From Escherichia coli (GTDB taxonomy: Bacteria > Pseudomonadota > Gammaproteobacteria > Enterobacterales > Enterobacteriaceae): DNA of 64,000 bases. Numbering within the stretch: the first letter of the stretch is position 1; each line of letters starts with the position of its first letter. The stretch lies in assembly GCF_044324785.1 (NCBI RefSeq), contig NZ_CP172127.1. One strand, written 5' to 3'. Positions 21,701 to 31,000 of the stretch are shown piece by piece. The position numbers were made by a program, and so were the translations under genes. The notes beneath the pieces were generated by a model. That model was given only the letters and a program-made list of their open reading frames with translations. It was not told where the DNA came from and ran no database searches.

Positions 21701-22789
21701 TCACGGCAGGCGGTGGCGAGCTTGATAATAAGCCTGCCAGTGAGCTTCTTTATGTGTAGCGACACGTTGTTCGAAGTAACGGCGCAGACGTGCGCGATCT
21801 TCTTCGTTATCTTTGACGATGGTTCCGGCAATACAGTCCACCAGGTCGGCTGGCTCCCCCGCGCGATTCGCTAAAAACCAGGCGCGGACGCCCACAGCGT
21901 GGGCCACGTTCACGGCTTCAGCGGTGGACATAATCGCTGTCAGTGTATCCATTGACGTTTTCTTTTCGCCGTTGGCACGCAGATCGCGGAAGGTGCGTAC
22001 CAGTAACTCCAGTACCGCGTCAGGCACTTTATGCGGAATACCGCTATGGGCCAACAAACGCGCCGAAGCACTGGCGACCAGTTCCAGCTCCTGGGCGAAA
22101 TCCATAATCGGAAAGACAGTTTCAAAATCGAAGCGACGCTTTAGCGCAGCACTCATTTCATTGACGCCGCGATCGCGGGTATTGGCAGTGGCAATAATAT
22201 TAAAGCCTTCCCGCGCATAGAGCTGACTGGCTTCACCAGTGAGTTCCGGCACCGTCATTACCCTGTCAGAAAGCATACCTAACAGACAGTCTTGTACTTC
22301 CAGCGGTGTACGCGTTATCTCTTCAAAACGGACAATTTTGCCGTCGCGCATTCCCTGGTAAAGCGGGGCAGGGACCAGCGCTTCCGTTGACGGACCATGG
22401 TTGATAAGCAGGGCGTAGTTCCAGCCATACTTGATTTGATCTTCGGTGGTAGATGCGCCGCCCTGGATGGTTAACCCGGCATCGCCGCTAATAGCGGTTG
22501 CCAGTAATTCAGACAGGAGAGATTTTGCGGTGCCAGGTTCCCCCACCAACATCAAACCGCGCCCGGTAGCGAGAGTGACTAACATGCGTTCGACAGCGGA
22601 GGGACTGATCACGACTTTACGGCTAATATTTTGCGCTTCGTCGCCAAGGATAAAAGCACGGGCCGCAGGCAAACTTAACTGCCAACCTGGCGGGCAAGGT
22701 GCGTTATCATTTTGTTTTAATTTTGCCAGTTCATCGGCGTATAACACAGCGGCAGGCGGACGCTGCAGATGTTTATTCTGCGGTGACAT
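21701..22789 (-). CDS. yehL: AAA+ ATPase (MoxR/CbbQ-like, AAA_5-type), function unknown
   Basis: 362 aa from MSPQNKHLQRP...; Walker A GEPGTAKS; Walker-B-like hhhFEEITR. Confidence 0.8.
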   Translation of the reverse strand: MSPQNKHLQRPPAAVLYADELAKLKQNDNAPCPPGWQLSLPAARAFILGDEAQNISRKVVISPSAVERMLVTLATGRGLMLVGEPGTAKSLLSELLATAISGDAGLTIQGGASTTEDQIKYGWNYALLINHGPSTEALVPAPLYQGMRDGKIVRFEEITRTPLEVQDCLLGMLSDRVMTVPELTGEASQLYAREGFNIIATANTRDRGVNEMSAALKRRFDFETVFPIMDFAQELELVASASARLLAHSGIPHKVPDAVLELLVRTFRDLRANGEKKTSMDTLTAIMSTAEAVNVAHAVGVRAWFLANRAGEPADLVDCIAGTIVKDNEEDRARLRRYFEQRVATHKEAHWQAYYQARHRLP

Positions 22790-22900
22790 ATATTCATCCC
22801 TGAAATGTATTAATGAAATAAACGATATTTTACGCGCAATAAATGTTTGGCGCATTAGTTGTTTGAGCGAAAAATATCTGGAAAGCAGATCACAGTAAAT

Positions 22901-22981
22901 AAAAAAACCTGCTGGTGAGGCAGGTTCTTTTATTTACTACAGTGACGCTAACTTGCTGATTGTGCAACATTTCGTACCAAC
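22901..22981 (-). ncRNA. orzO: OrzO-like antitoxin sRNA, copy 1 (~81 nt, boundaries inferred)
   Basis: Minus-strand TATAAT (22993-22988) 17 bp from palindromic TTGCAA (23011-23016); intrinsic terminator on minus strand (stem cctgc/gcagg 22908-22924 followed by U7 at 22907-22901); 5' 18 nt (22964-22981) complementary to zor 5'UTR 23132-23149 with one G-U. Confidence 0.5.
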
Positions 22982-23010
22982 GAATAAATTATAACCATAT
23001 CCACACTCCA

Positions 23011-23038
23011 TTGCAATTCAGTGAATGAGATTTATAAT
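23011..23038 (+). promoter_or_regulatory. Sigma70-type promoter of toxin mRNA, copy 1 (TTGCAA-16-TATAAT); the palindromic -35 is shared with the divergent sRNA promoter
   Basis: TTGCAA 23011-23016, TATAAT 23033-23038; predicted TSS ~23045 giving ~175-nt 5'UTR. Confidence 0.55.
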
Positions 23039-23219
23039 CCTGCCCGTTGGGAGGTTGTGCCGGATCGGACCAATTTTAAGTCCTGGCTACCGGACGGGTG
23101 GTGCCGCAGGCGGTGCCCTGATCCGGAGAGCAACGTTTCGTACCAACATACGTAAACCAGTATCGACAGGCAGTGTAAGGGTAAGGTGCTGGTGTTGCGC
23201 TCCTTAATAAGGAGAGCGG

Positions 23220-23309
23220 ATGGACACGCTGACACAAAAGTTAACCGTGCTCATTGCTATACTGGAGCTATTAGTGGCTCTGTTACGGTTGATTGATTTG
23301 TTGAAGTAA
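23220..23309 (+). CDS. zorO: ZorO-like type I toxin, 29-aa hydrophobic peptide (copy 1)
   Basis: MDTLTQKLTVLIAILELLVALLRLIDLLK; AAGGAGA SD 7 nt upstream; TisB-like amphipathic helix; below ORF-track cutoff; which copy is zorO vs zorP not resolved. Confidence 0.7.
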   Translation: MDTLTQKLTVLIAILELLVALLRLIDLLK

Positions 23310-23330
23310 CGGGCAAATTGAAACGCATCT

Positions 23331-23354
23331 AAGGGGGAAAACCGCTTCCCCCTT
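23331..23354 (+). terminator. Hairpin terminator after toxin ORF copy 1
   Basis: aagggggaa-aaccgc-ttccccctt perfect 9-bp stem. Confidence 0.5.
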
Positions 23355-23508
23355 TAATAAAATGATTACTGTTTTTATTAATTCATCATATAACTCATTT
23401 TTATTTATAAATTCATCGATTTTATATTCAACGTACCATTTGACCGGGATGTGAATATTTATGGTGGGCTATTGGCAAAAAATATCTGGAAAGTAGATCG
23501 CAGAAAAT

Positions 23509-23589
23509 AAAAAAACCTGCTGGTGAGGCAGGTTCTTTTATTTACTACTTTGATGTTAAGTTACTGATAGTGCAACATGGCATCTCAAC
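23509..23589 (-). ncRNA. OrzP/OrzO-like antitoxin sRNA, copy 2 (boundaries inferred)
   Basis: Same architecture shifted by 608 bp; 5' pairing region differs from copy 1 at several positions and matches its own cis toxin UTR better. Confidence 0.45.
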
Positions 23590-23618
23590 GAACGAATTAT
23601 AACCACCTCTGGACAGTG

Positions 23619-23646
23619 TTGCAATTAAGATAATGAGATTTATAAT
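23619..23646 (+). promoter_or_regulatory. Sigma70-type promoter of toxin mRNA, copy 2 (TTGCAA-16-TATAAT)
   Basis: TTGCAA 23619-23624, TATAAT 23641-23646. Confidence 0.5.
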
Positions 23647-23827
23647 CCTGACTGTTGGGAAGTTGCGCCGGATCGAACCCATTTCAAGTCCTGGCTACCG
23701 GACGGGTGGTGCCGCAGGTAGTGCTCTGATCCGGAGTGCAACATGGCGACTCAACAAACGTAAACCAGTGTCGACAGGCAGTGTAAGGGTAAGGTGCTGG
23801 TGTTGCGCTCCTTAATAAGGAGAGCGG

Positions 23828-23917
23828 ATGGACACGCTGACACAAAAGTTAACCGTGCTCATTGCTGTACTGGAGCTATTAGTGGCTCTGTTACGGTTGA
23901 TTGATTTGTTGAAGTAA
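23828..23917 (+). CDS. ZorO/ZorP-like type I toxin, 29-aa peptide (copy 2)
   Basis: MDTLTQKLTVLIAVLELLVALLRLIDLLK (I14V relative to copy 1); same SD. Confidence 0.7.
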   Translation: MDTLTQKLTVLIAVLELLVALLRLIDLLK

Positions 23918-23936
23918 CGGGCAAATTGAAACGCAT

Positions 23937-24344
23937 CTAAGGGGGAATACCGTTTCCCCCTTTAATAAAGCTATACTCGTCATACTTCAAGTTGCATGTG
24001 CTGCGACTTGAATTATCTAGAGTATATAATTCTATTTGTTGGTTGAATATATTCTGTAGTTCACAATTAAAAATTACTATTACAGGTTCAGGTGATTCGC
24101 CTCGTAATTTTTGCTCATCAATAAACTCATCTCTTATATAAATCAACGCATCATTTATTAGCGGGTCGACATCTTCTCGATCACGTTGATGAAATGTTGG
24201 ACGTAGCCGGAATCGCTCCAGCCGGTAGACGGAGCCTGTAAATAATTCAGAGCGTTTATGGATCTCAAGCCTGAAGGAAAACGGCTCTTCAGGTACAGGG
24301 GCCTCATAGTCGTAAATAGTGACCAGCTCTTTTTGCACGATCAT
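23937..24344 (-). CDS. yehK: Small protein of unknown function
   Basis: 135-aa ORF (MIVQKELVTIYDYEAPVPEEPFSF...) 60 nt downstream of yehI; C-terminal codons lie in the terminator hairpin. Confidence 0.6.
   Translation of the reverse strand: MIVQKELVTIYDYEAPVPEEPFSFRLEIHKRSELFTGSVYRLERFRLRPTFHQRDREDVDPLINDALIYIRDEFIDEQKLRGESPEPVIVIFNCELQNIFNQQIELYTLDNSSRSTCNLKYDEYSFIKGGNGIPP
23939..23962. terminator. Hairpin after toxin copy 2, abutting the yehK stop codon (convergent)
   Basis: aagggggaa-taccgt-ttccccctt; yehK stop at 23937-23939 on the opposite strand. Confidence 0.5.
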
Positions 24345-24404
24345 CGCTTTTCCCGGTGGCAGGTCGTGTTAATAACGGGCAGTCGCATCACTGCCCGCTG
24401 TGTT

Positions 24405-27400
24405 TTAATGGAAAATAACGTCGGGTGCGCTTAACGCTTCACTCAAATCAAACACATCAAGTTCGGCAAAAGTGACAGATTTATTCTCGCGGTATACATG
24501 AAGAGAACGGAAGCTCATTAGCGCTTTGCTATCAACATTGTAGTGGTTAAAACCGGATGAAAACTTAAGGACCAGCCGGTACTCGCCCAGGTCATAGACA
24601 AATGCGTTCTCATAGCCTGACTCCCAGCCTTTGTATCGCATTCCCATAAGTTGCCCAACGGTAGCAGATTTACCTTCCCAGCGATTCAAACTATTACTGG
24701 CTGACTCGTCAGGCGTGAGCAGCACTGTGCGCCGTGCCAATTGGCGAAAAGGCGGCATAATTTCGTAATCGGCAAAAAGCTGTGCAAACTCACTGCGCAT
24801 TTCTGCTGCCATTTCTAACGGGTGGGCAATGCCAATCAGAGCATCGGCAGGCAGGTCAATGGGCTCATCTTGCTCATTGCAGAACTCCCCCTCAGCGGCC
24901 ACACGAAAGGCGTTGAGTAAACGACGCGGTTCATTTGCCGGATAAACACCCCATATTAATCGCTGAGTAACCAGACGGGTAAAGGGATGATTAACAAACA
25001 GAGAATGAAAATCTGCCAGCGACCAGCGTCGGGTGGTGCGCAGGGCAGTTTCAAGACGCGGGAGCAGGTTTTTGCTCACCTGAGTGGCATCTTTTTTTAG
25101 CCCTTTTAGTCGGGCCAGTGCCTCGGGTGCTTTCAGTTGATCGTCATCGGCGCGCAACCGGGGAACGCTTTTCTGGCGAACGTTTTGCTGATCAAAGATA
25201 ACCGGGTTAAGGTTTTCATCGAAGCGAACGGTAAATTGCCGTGGACCAAAATCAAAAATCAACGCCTGCGGATCATCAAGACCCAGTGTTGGGACTAATC
25301 TGTCCGCTAACTGTTCCTGGCTTAGCCCGCGATTTTCTGCGACCACCTGAAGAAATTCCGCCGCGTTATCACGTAAGGGGCGGGATTTCGCCCGTTGCGA
25401 TATATGATGCAGCTGTATCAGTGCCATATCATTATTCATCTGAGTAAGGATGTTCAGGCCGCTGACGGCACGGGCAGATTTGCCTTCCTGTGGCCAGGCA
25501 AGGATCTGTGTCGTCAGATCCCGTGCCGTGCTTTCGTCGCCAAAGAGACTTAACGCCAGAAATGCCCAGTTGTCTTTTGCGGGAGCACCAGCTTGTTGCC
25601 ACGCGGTGAAAAGATCCCAGGCAAAAGCTGCCAGCGTTTGCGGCTGGCAGAAAGTTTTCAGTTGTTCCAGTCCGCTATAAAAACGTCCGCCCTGGGTAAA
25701 GCACAGCATTTCGCCGATAATTTCCAGAGCGTCATCGGTAACAGGCTGATTATTAGTGATAAGGCGCGGCCTGGACCACATTGCCGGCTGCCAGAAATCA
25801 GGGGCTTTTGGAATGCGTGTCGGGTAAATCTCTATTGGACTCTGTTTAAGTAATTGCTCCAGGGCAGGCCATACATCTTTACGCTGCCAGCGGTTTGCCA
25901 CGGTTTGCAGTAACTCGCCATGTCCCTGTTCGTAAAGTAAACGCAGGGCAAGTAATGCAGCTTCGCTATTATCGCTGGATTTGGTGAAGACAAGAGGGAT
26001 AAGTGCAGTAGCCGTATGTTCCGGCCAATGTAAAATCCACTGGCGAGCCAGATCACGCTGCGCCGCGAAACGTCGCCAGACGCGGGCAACGGGCAGTGCC
26101 AGTTCGGTTGCGCCGAAATTTAAAATTAACGGAAATGTTTCTTTTGGACGATGTGAAAAAGCCAACAGCAGACCTGGTAGAGCATCCAATCCGAAGATAC
26201 TGAGAAAATAGTCCTCACCCGCAGACAGATGCTTTTTCTCATTGATACGTAGCCAGAAAGTCAAAGCCATCTCACGCGGCAACTGCGCCAATAAATACTG
26301 GTTCCAGATACTCTTTTCCCGACGATAGCGTGAGTAGCTGTCATTTTCCCATATGTTAATTAACACTTCTACGTGACCGCTGCGAAGCGCCTGTTCTGCT
26401 AATTGAGCTTCCGGGGAGCTCCAGCCATTCATGATCTCTTCAACCCGCCCTGGGTAGTAATGCCACTGAACAATGAGTGAATTGCGTGCAGCATCCAGTT
26501 TTCCGGGGAGTATATAATTCAAAAACAGCCATACATCATCTCCAAAACCCAGCTCCTGTAGTACAACTCGTCCACTTTTATGTTCCATGCGTTCCGCAAG
26601 AGATTCCGTGCTGAAATAACGGGCAGACTCAGTGGCGGCAAGCCTCTCTCGTTCGCCCGGTTGCCAGTAAACTTGCGGCGTTAATTCGAACGGTGCCAAA
26701 TCAAGACGTGGAACTGTCATTTTTTTCTTACTACGCCACGGTGGTGAAACGAGGATTTCAGGCATTTGGCTGTTATCGGTGCTATCAATAACCGTTTTGG
26801 GCGGTGCCGATAAATAACTATTCAGCACTGCCTGGGCTTGAGTACTTAACCACGGCATCACCTCTTCTGCCAGTTGTGGCTGCGATGCCATCAGCGTTTG
26901 TAACAGCGTACGCCAGAATTCATCACGTGCTTTTTGCTGTGCAGGCAGCTTTTTGTCTTCGATGATTGGATAACCTGGGCGGGCTGGTGGTTCTTTTAAC
27001 GCCAGCAGTTCTGCCAGTGCGGTGAGTGTCGCATGGGGGAAGTTTTTACTGTATTTAGCCACACGTTGCAGGCTGGGTTTGTTTTTATCAGCAACTAACA
27101 GCAAGGTGCGGATGACTTGCGGATGGTTAATTTGTACCAGCAGACTGCCGCAATCTTCTTTATGAGCATACATTGCCAGGCGCGGAACGGCTGCCAGTCC
27201 TTGTTCGCGCAAAAGGGAGGCGCAGGCCGCGTAGCCGAAGCGGTTTTCTTGTGACATGTAGCTGGCTTCGCGATCGCTAAATACGTCCAGGCCCCAGTAT
27301 CGTTCGAGTTTTTTTACCGCTCTGGGGTCATTAGCAACAACTTTTAACCACTCCTTAGAATGAAAATGAGTCCGCGGGCATTCAAGGCCTACCAACTCAT

Positions 27401-28037
27401 TGGCGATTTCTGGTTTTTCCGGGAGGAGCAGCGCAATAAAAGGGCGGCGAACTTTGGTTATTCCTGGCAGTGCGGCAATGAGTTTGTCGGCGCAACGCTG
27501 CCAGCTGCTTTCCTCTGCCAGAGAGAGATGCTTACGCAGTCGGAGATCGAATTCGTTATAGGTTTCTGAGCGATAACCATAGCCATAATCCTCGTTCTGA
27601 TACTGCAATGTCACTAGCAGAGGATCACTCTCATAACACCGTGCAATAAACTGGCGTGCAATCACCACCTCAGTCGCATATTCCAGTCCCTCTTGTTGGA
27701 CGATTTCGTCGAGCAACTGTTGGCTATCATTTTGCGCGATACAGGTTAGCGCCGCCATTGTCCGGGCCGGAACTGAGGGTTTGTGTTCTCCGATCAAGTT
27801 GATGGCCTGCGTAATGGCCGACTGCCACTCCAGTGAAAAATTTTCATAACGCCAGACAATGTTTTTTTTCTTCTCAGCTTTTTGTAGCAATTCATCACCC
27901 AGTGTCTGGATGAGGCTTTCAGTGATAACAGGCACCGGTTCGCCCGGCCAACTGCGATGGCTGAGCGGCGTTTTGCCTTTTTTATATTTCAGTTCCACTT
28001 GGGCGTTATCCGCCAGCCACGGTAATTCCTTGTCCAT
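24405..28037 (-). CDS. yehI: Large DUF4132-type protein of unknown function (1210 aa), paralog of molR
   Basis: Long blocks alignable with molR product (e.g. RLRKHLSLAEESSWQRCADKLIAALPG... and FTAWQQAGAPAKDNWAFLAL...DFGPRQFTVRFDE); start 9 nt after molR stop. Confidence 0.8.
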   Translation of the reverse strand: MDKELPWLADNAQVELKYKKGKTPLSHRSWPGEPVPVITESLIQTLGDELLQKAEKKKNIVWRYENFSLEWQSAITQAINLIGEHKPSVPARTMAALTCIAQNDSQQLLDEIVQQEGLEYATEVVIARQFIARCYESDPLLVTLQYQNEDYGYGYRSETYNEFDLRLRKHLSLAEESSWQRCADKLIAALPGITKVRRPFIALLLPEKPEIANELVGLECPRTHFHSKEWLKVVANDPRAVKKLERYWGLDVFSDREASYMSQENRFGYAACASLLREQGLAAVPRLAMYAHKEDCGSLLVQINHPQVIRTLLLVADKNKPSLQRVAKYSKNFPHATLTALAELLALKEPPARPGYPIIEDKKLPAQQKARDEFWRTLLQTLMASQPQLAEEVMPWLSTQAQAVLNSYLSAPPKTVIDSTDNSQMPEILVSPPWRSKKKMTVPRLDLAPFELTPQVYWQPGERERLAATESARYFSTESLAERMEHKSGRVVLQELGFGDDVWLFLNYILPGKLDAARNSLIVQWHYYPGRVEEIMNGWSSPEAQLAEQALRSGHVEVLINIWENDSYSRYRREKSIWNQYLLAQLPREMALTFWLRINEKKHLSAGEDYFLSIFGLDALPGLLLAFSHRPKETFPLILNFGATELALPVARVWRRFAAQRDLARQWILHWPEHTATALIPLVFTKSSDNSEAALLALRLLYEQGHGELLQTVANRWQRKDVWPALEQLLKQSPIEIYPTRIPKAPDFWQPAMWSRPRLITNNQPVTDDALEIIGEMLCFTQGGRFYSGLEQLKTFCQPQTLAAFAWDLFTAWQQAGAPAKDNWAFLALSLFGDESTARDLTTQILAWPQEGKSARAVSGLNILTQMNNDMALIQLHHISQRAKSRPLRDNAAEFLQVVAENRGLSQEQLADRLVPTLGLDDPQALIFDFGPRQFTVRFDENLNPVIFDQQNVRQKSVPRLRADDDQLKAPEALARLKGLKKDATQVSKNLLPRLETALRTTRRWSLADFHSLFVNHPFTRLVTQRLIWGVYPANEPRRLLNAFRVAAEGEFCNEQDEPIDLPADALIGIAHPLEMAAEMRSEFAQLFADYEIMPPFRQLARRTVLLTPDESASNSLNRWEGKSATVGQLMGMRYKGWESGYENAFVYDLGEYRLVLKFSSGFNHYNVDSKALMSFRSLHVYRENKSVTFAELDVFDLSEALSAPDVIFH

Positions 28038-28046
28038 GCTCTTTCC

Positions 28047-31000
28047 TTATTCAAACAGGGCTTCAATATCGTTAATTAGCTCGCTGGCGGTGATGGCATC
28101 GAGTACGGAGAACTGCGCTTCCTGTGTTGAATTACTCCCCCAGCCATAGCTTTCTGCTTTGCCTTCCCATAGCCACAGCTTGCTTAAGAGTTGCTCGGCA
28201 CTGAGTTCGGCTGGCGACATGCCGACCGCAAAACCTTCATCGATTTCCATGATTAACGACCAGCGGCCCAGAGGTTTGATCATCCAGCCGATCCAGCCTC
28301 CATCCTGCGGGGTGCCCTTTATCCAGCCTTTATTCGCCAGCCCCATGACCCGACCGCTCGGGCATTTTCTGCCTGCCCAGTGGGTCAGTTCGCTGGCGTT
28401 GCGCTCGGCTTCTGTCAGGGCGTAACTGTTACGGTCAAGCTGACGGAACGGTGGTAGCAGTTCATAGTCGGCAAAAAGCTGACCAAAGGCGGCAGCATCC
28501 GTTGGTGATATTTCCAGAACGTGAGGAATGCCGATAGAGATATCGCCTTCCGGCAGGGTGAAAAGATCATCGTCAGCGGTGCTGTAGCTGTTATCTTCCG
28601 CCACGCGAAAGCAAGCCAGTAGCTCGTTTTCGGTGCTATAAACGCCCCAAATCAGACGGCGGGTTAAGTGACGAACCAGCGGATGCTCAACCAGGAAGAG
28701 CTGGAAGTTTTCCGGCGACCAGCGGCGGCGCAGGCACATGGCGGATTCCAGCCTTGCTACCTGCTGGGCGGCGATGGTACGCGCATCTTTTTTCAGCAAT
28801 TTGTAGCGGTTAACAGCATCGTTCGCCTGTGATTCATCATCGCTTTTGTTTGGTTTGGGTAAATCTTTCAGGCGGCTGCCGGAAGCGTCACGCACAAACG
28901 GTTTTAAGGTTTCATCAAAGCTGACGGTGAACTGGCGTGGGCCGAAATCCAGCAGCAACGAACCGTTATCATCCAGACCGAGATTCGGTGCTAACCGATC
29001 TTCAAGCTCCGCCACCGTGAGCTCGCGGCTTTCGGCAATGTCGGCAATTTTCTCTTTCGCCCGCTCCTGTAATGCTTTGAATTTCAGTTTCTGGGCGATG
29101 CCGTTAAGCTGCATCAGGGCGATATCACTACCGATAGCAGCGAGAATATCCAACCCAACGGTGGCGCGTTTATGCTGAGATTCGCCAGGCCAGGCGCGGA
29201 TTAATGGCGTCAGTTTGCGGGCGGTGTCATCGTTGCCGAGAACACCTAACGCAATGAACGCCCAGCTTTCTTTCGATGGCGCGCCCGCAGTCAGCCAGGC
29301 GGTAAACAGATCCCAGGCAAATTCAGCCAGAGAGTCAGAGGTACAGGCATCTTTCACCTGCAATAATCCCGGATACAGAGCCTCTTCCAGAGGGAAGCGG
29401 AGCATTTCACCGAGGTGGAGGAGGGCGTTATCTGGCAGTGATTGGGCGTTTGCTTTTAATACCGGGCGCGTCCAGAGCGATGGCTGATAAAAGGCCGGAA
29501 GAGTGGGGATTTTTGTCGGGTGATTATCTAAGGCATCGAGCGCAAGCAGAGCGTTCACCGCATCTGTTACTTCCGGCTGGTTATAACGCCGGGCGATTTC
29601 TTGCAGTAATAGCTGATGACCGTTTTCGGTAAGCATACGCAAGGCAGCGCGGGCGTTATCCTGTGCTTCACCGGCTTTGCCGAGCGCCGAAGGTAGCAGG
29701 CCGGTAATGGCGTGTTCCGGGTATTTCAGCAGCCAGGTGCGGGCGTCTTGTCGTAGGGTTTTGAGTTTGTTGAAGGCGCGGGCGATCAGTGGCGCTAATT
29801 CGATAGCCGCAAAATATTGTGCTACAGGCAGAGCTTCTTGTGGATAGCGTGAAAAGGAGTGAATAAAACCCTGTAACCCAGCGAGTTGCAGGTGTGTCAT
29901 GACAAACTCGACACCGACGTGTGGCTCTTTACTAAGGACATTCCACGCCTGCGCTGTTTTTTCGATAGGCAGGGCGGCTAACATGTAAAGCTGCCATTCC
30001 CGTTGATAGGAGTGCCAGAAGGTTTTAAATTCGCTGATCAGCGCAGAATAATCTCCCCTCTGCCAGAGTTCTACAACAGCATCAGACGCTTTCATAGAGT
30101 GGCCATTATTCCAGCGATTGAAACCCAGACGTGTCAGGTAGTTCTGAATATCCTCTTTTTGGCCGATGTCTATTTGATGTGCGTGCCAGCGATGCCTTGC
30201 ATGAATCTCTTTTTCTGCCGTCTCGGTCAATGTGCAGCATGACTCCAGCGGTAATGGCGTTAAATCCAATACCGGCATTACAGATTTTTTCTTTTTCGAA
30301 AGCCAGGGCGGTGAGACTAATACGGCAGGCAGCATATCGGCGCTGGCATGGTTTGAGGGCTGTGTCAGTTGTTGCTGGCATGATTTCAGTACGGCAACTG
30401 CGGGTGTTGAGAGCCAGGGAGTGACCTGTTCTGCTAGTGCCGGTTGCGAGATAAGCATCGTCATCAGCATAATGCGCCAACTATTCTCTTCTTTTTGCGC
30501 AAGAAGTTCCGCCAGTGCAGCCAGTGCTGCGTGTGGGAACGCAGCGCAAGCCTTAGTCATTCGTTCATGGCAGCGTTTAGTTTTGCCAGACACACGTATA
30601 AGTAGCATTAATGCTTGTGGGTGATTGATCTCTTCGAGAATACTTCCACAAAGATCAGCATAAGCATAGGGGGCGAAGCGAGCGATTCCGGCAATCCCTT
30701 GCTCCTGCAAAACGGTGACATTCCAGATGCAACCATGGTAATAGTCATTAAAAAGGTCGTACGCGCAATAAGATTCCAGTGCTTTGAGCAAGGAAGATTC
30801 TTGAACAACAAGTTTCAGCCATTCAACAGTTTGGACATTTTTCTGCTTCAGTAACTGTCGTGCGACTTCTTCTGCAATCTCCGGGCGTTCCGGTAGCATT
30901 AGCGCTACCATCGGTTGTTGAACGGGAGGAATATCAGGCAAAGCTGTAATGAATTTATCTACACAGCGTTGCCACAAAGTTTCTTCTGCTAGAGCCAAAT

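Larger units (their letters stand above)
22871..23969. repeat. Tandem direct duplication: two ~491-bp units (22871-23361 and 23479-23969) at 608-bp period, each a type I toxin-antitoxin cassette
   Basis: Near-identical sequence blocks, with point differences concentrated in the sRNA/5'UTR pairing region and one codon of the peptide; 117-bp AT-rich spacer between units. Confidence 0.85.

Noticed and set aside
21701-22855. N-terminal extensions of yehL, yehM, yehP, rcnB, yehS, dld, bglX and others as drawn in the ORF track
   Set aside because: Track ORFs begin at the first in-frame Met after a stop; internal ATGs with better SD spacing and gene-junction logic give the sizes I recall for the known proteins
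23025-23207. 60-aa ORF in the ORF track (and its twin at 23633-23815) upstream of the toxin peptide
   Set aside because: It starts inside the -10 box of the toxin promoter, is Gly/Arg/Cys-rich with no SD, and covers the toxin mRNA 5'UTR; it is more plausibly structured leader RNA than coding
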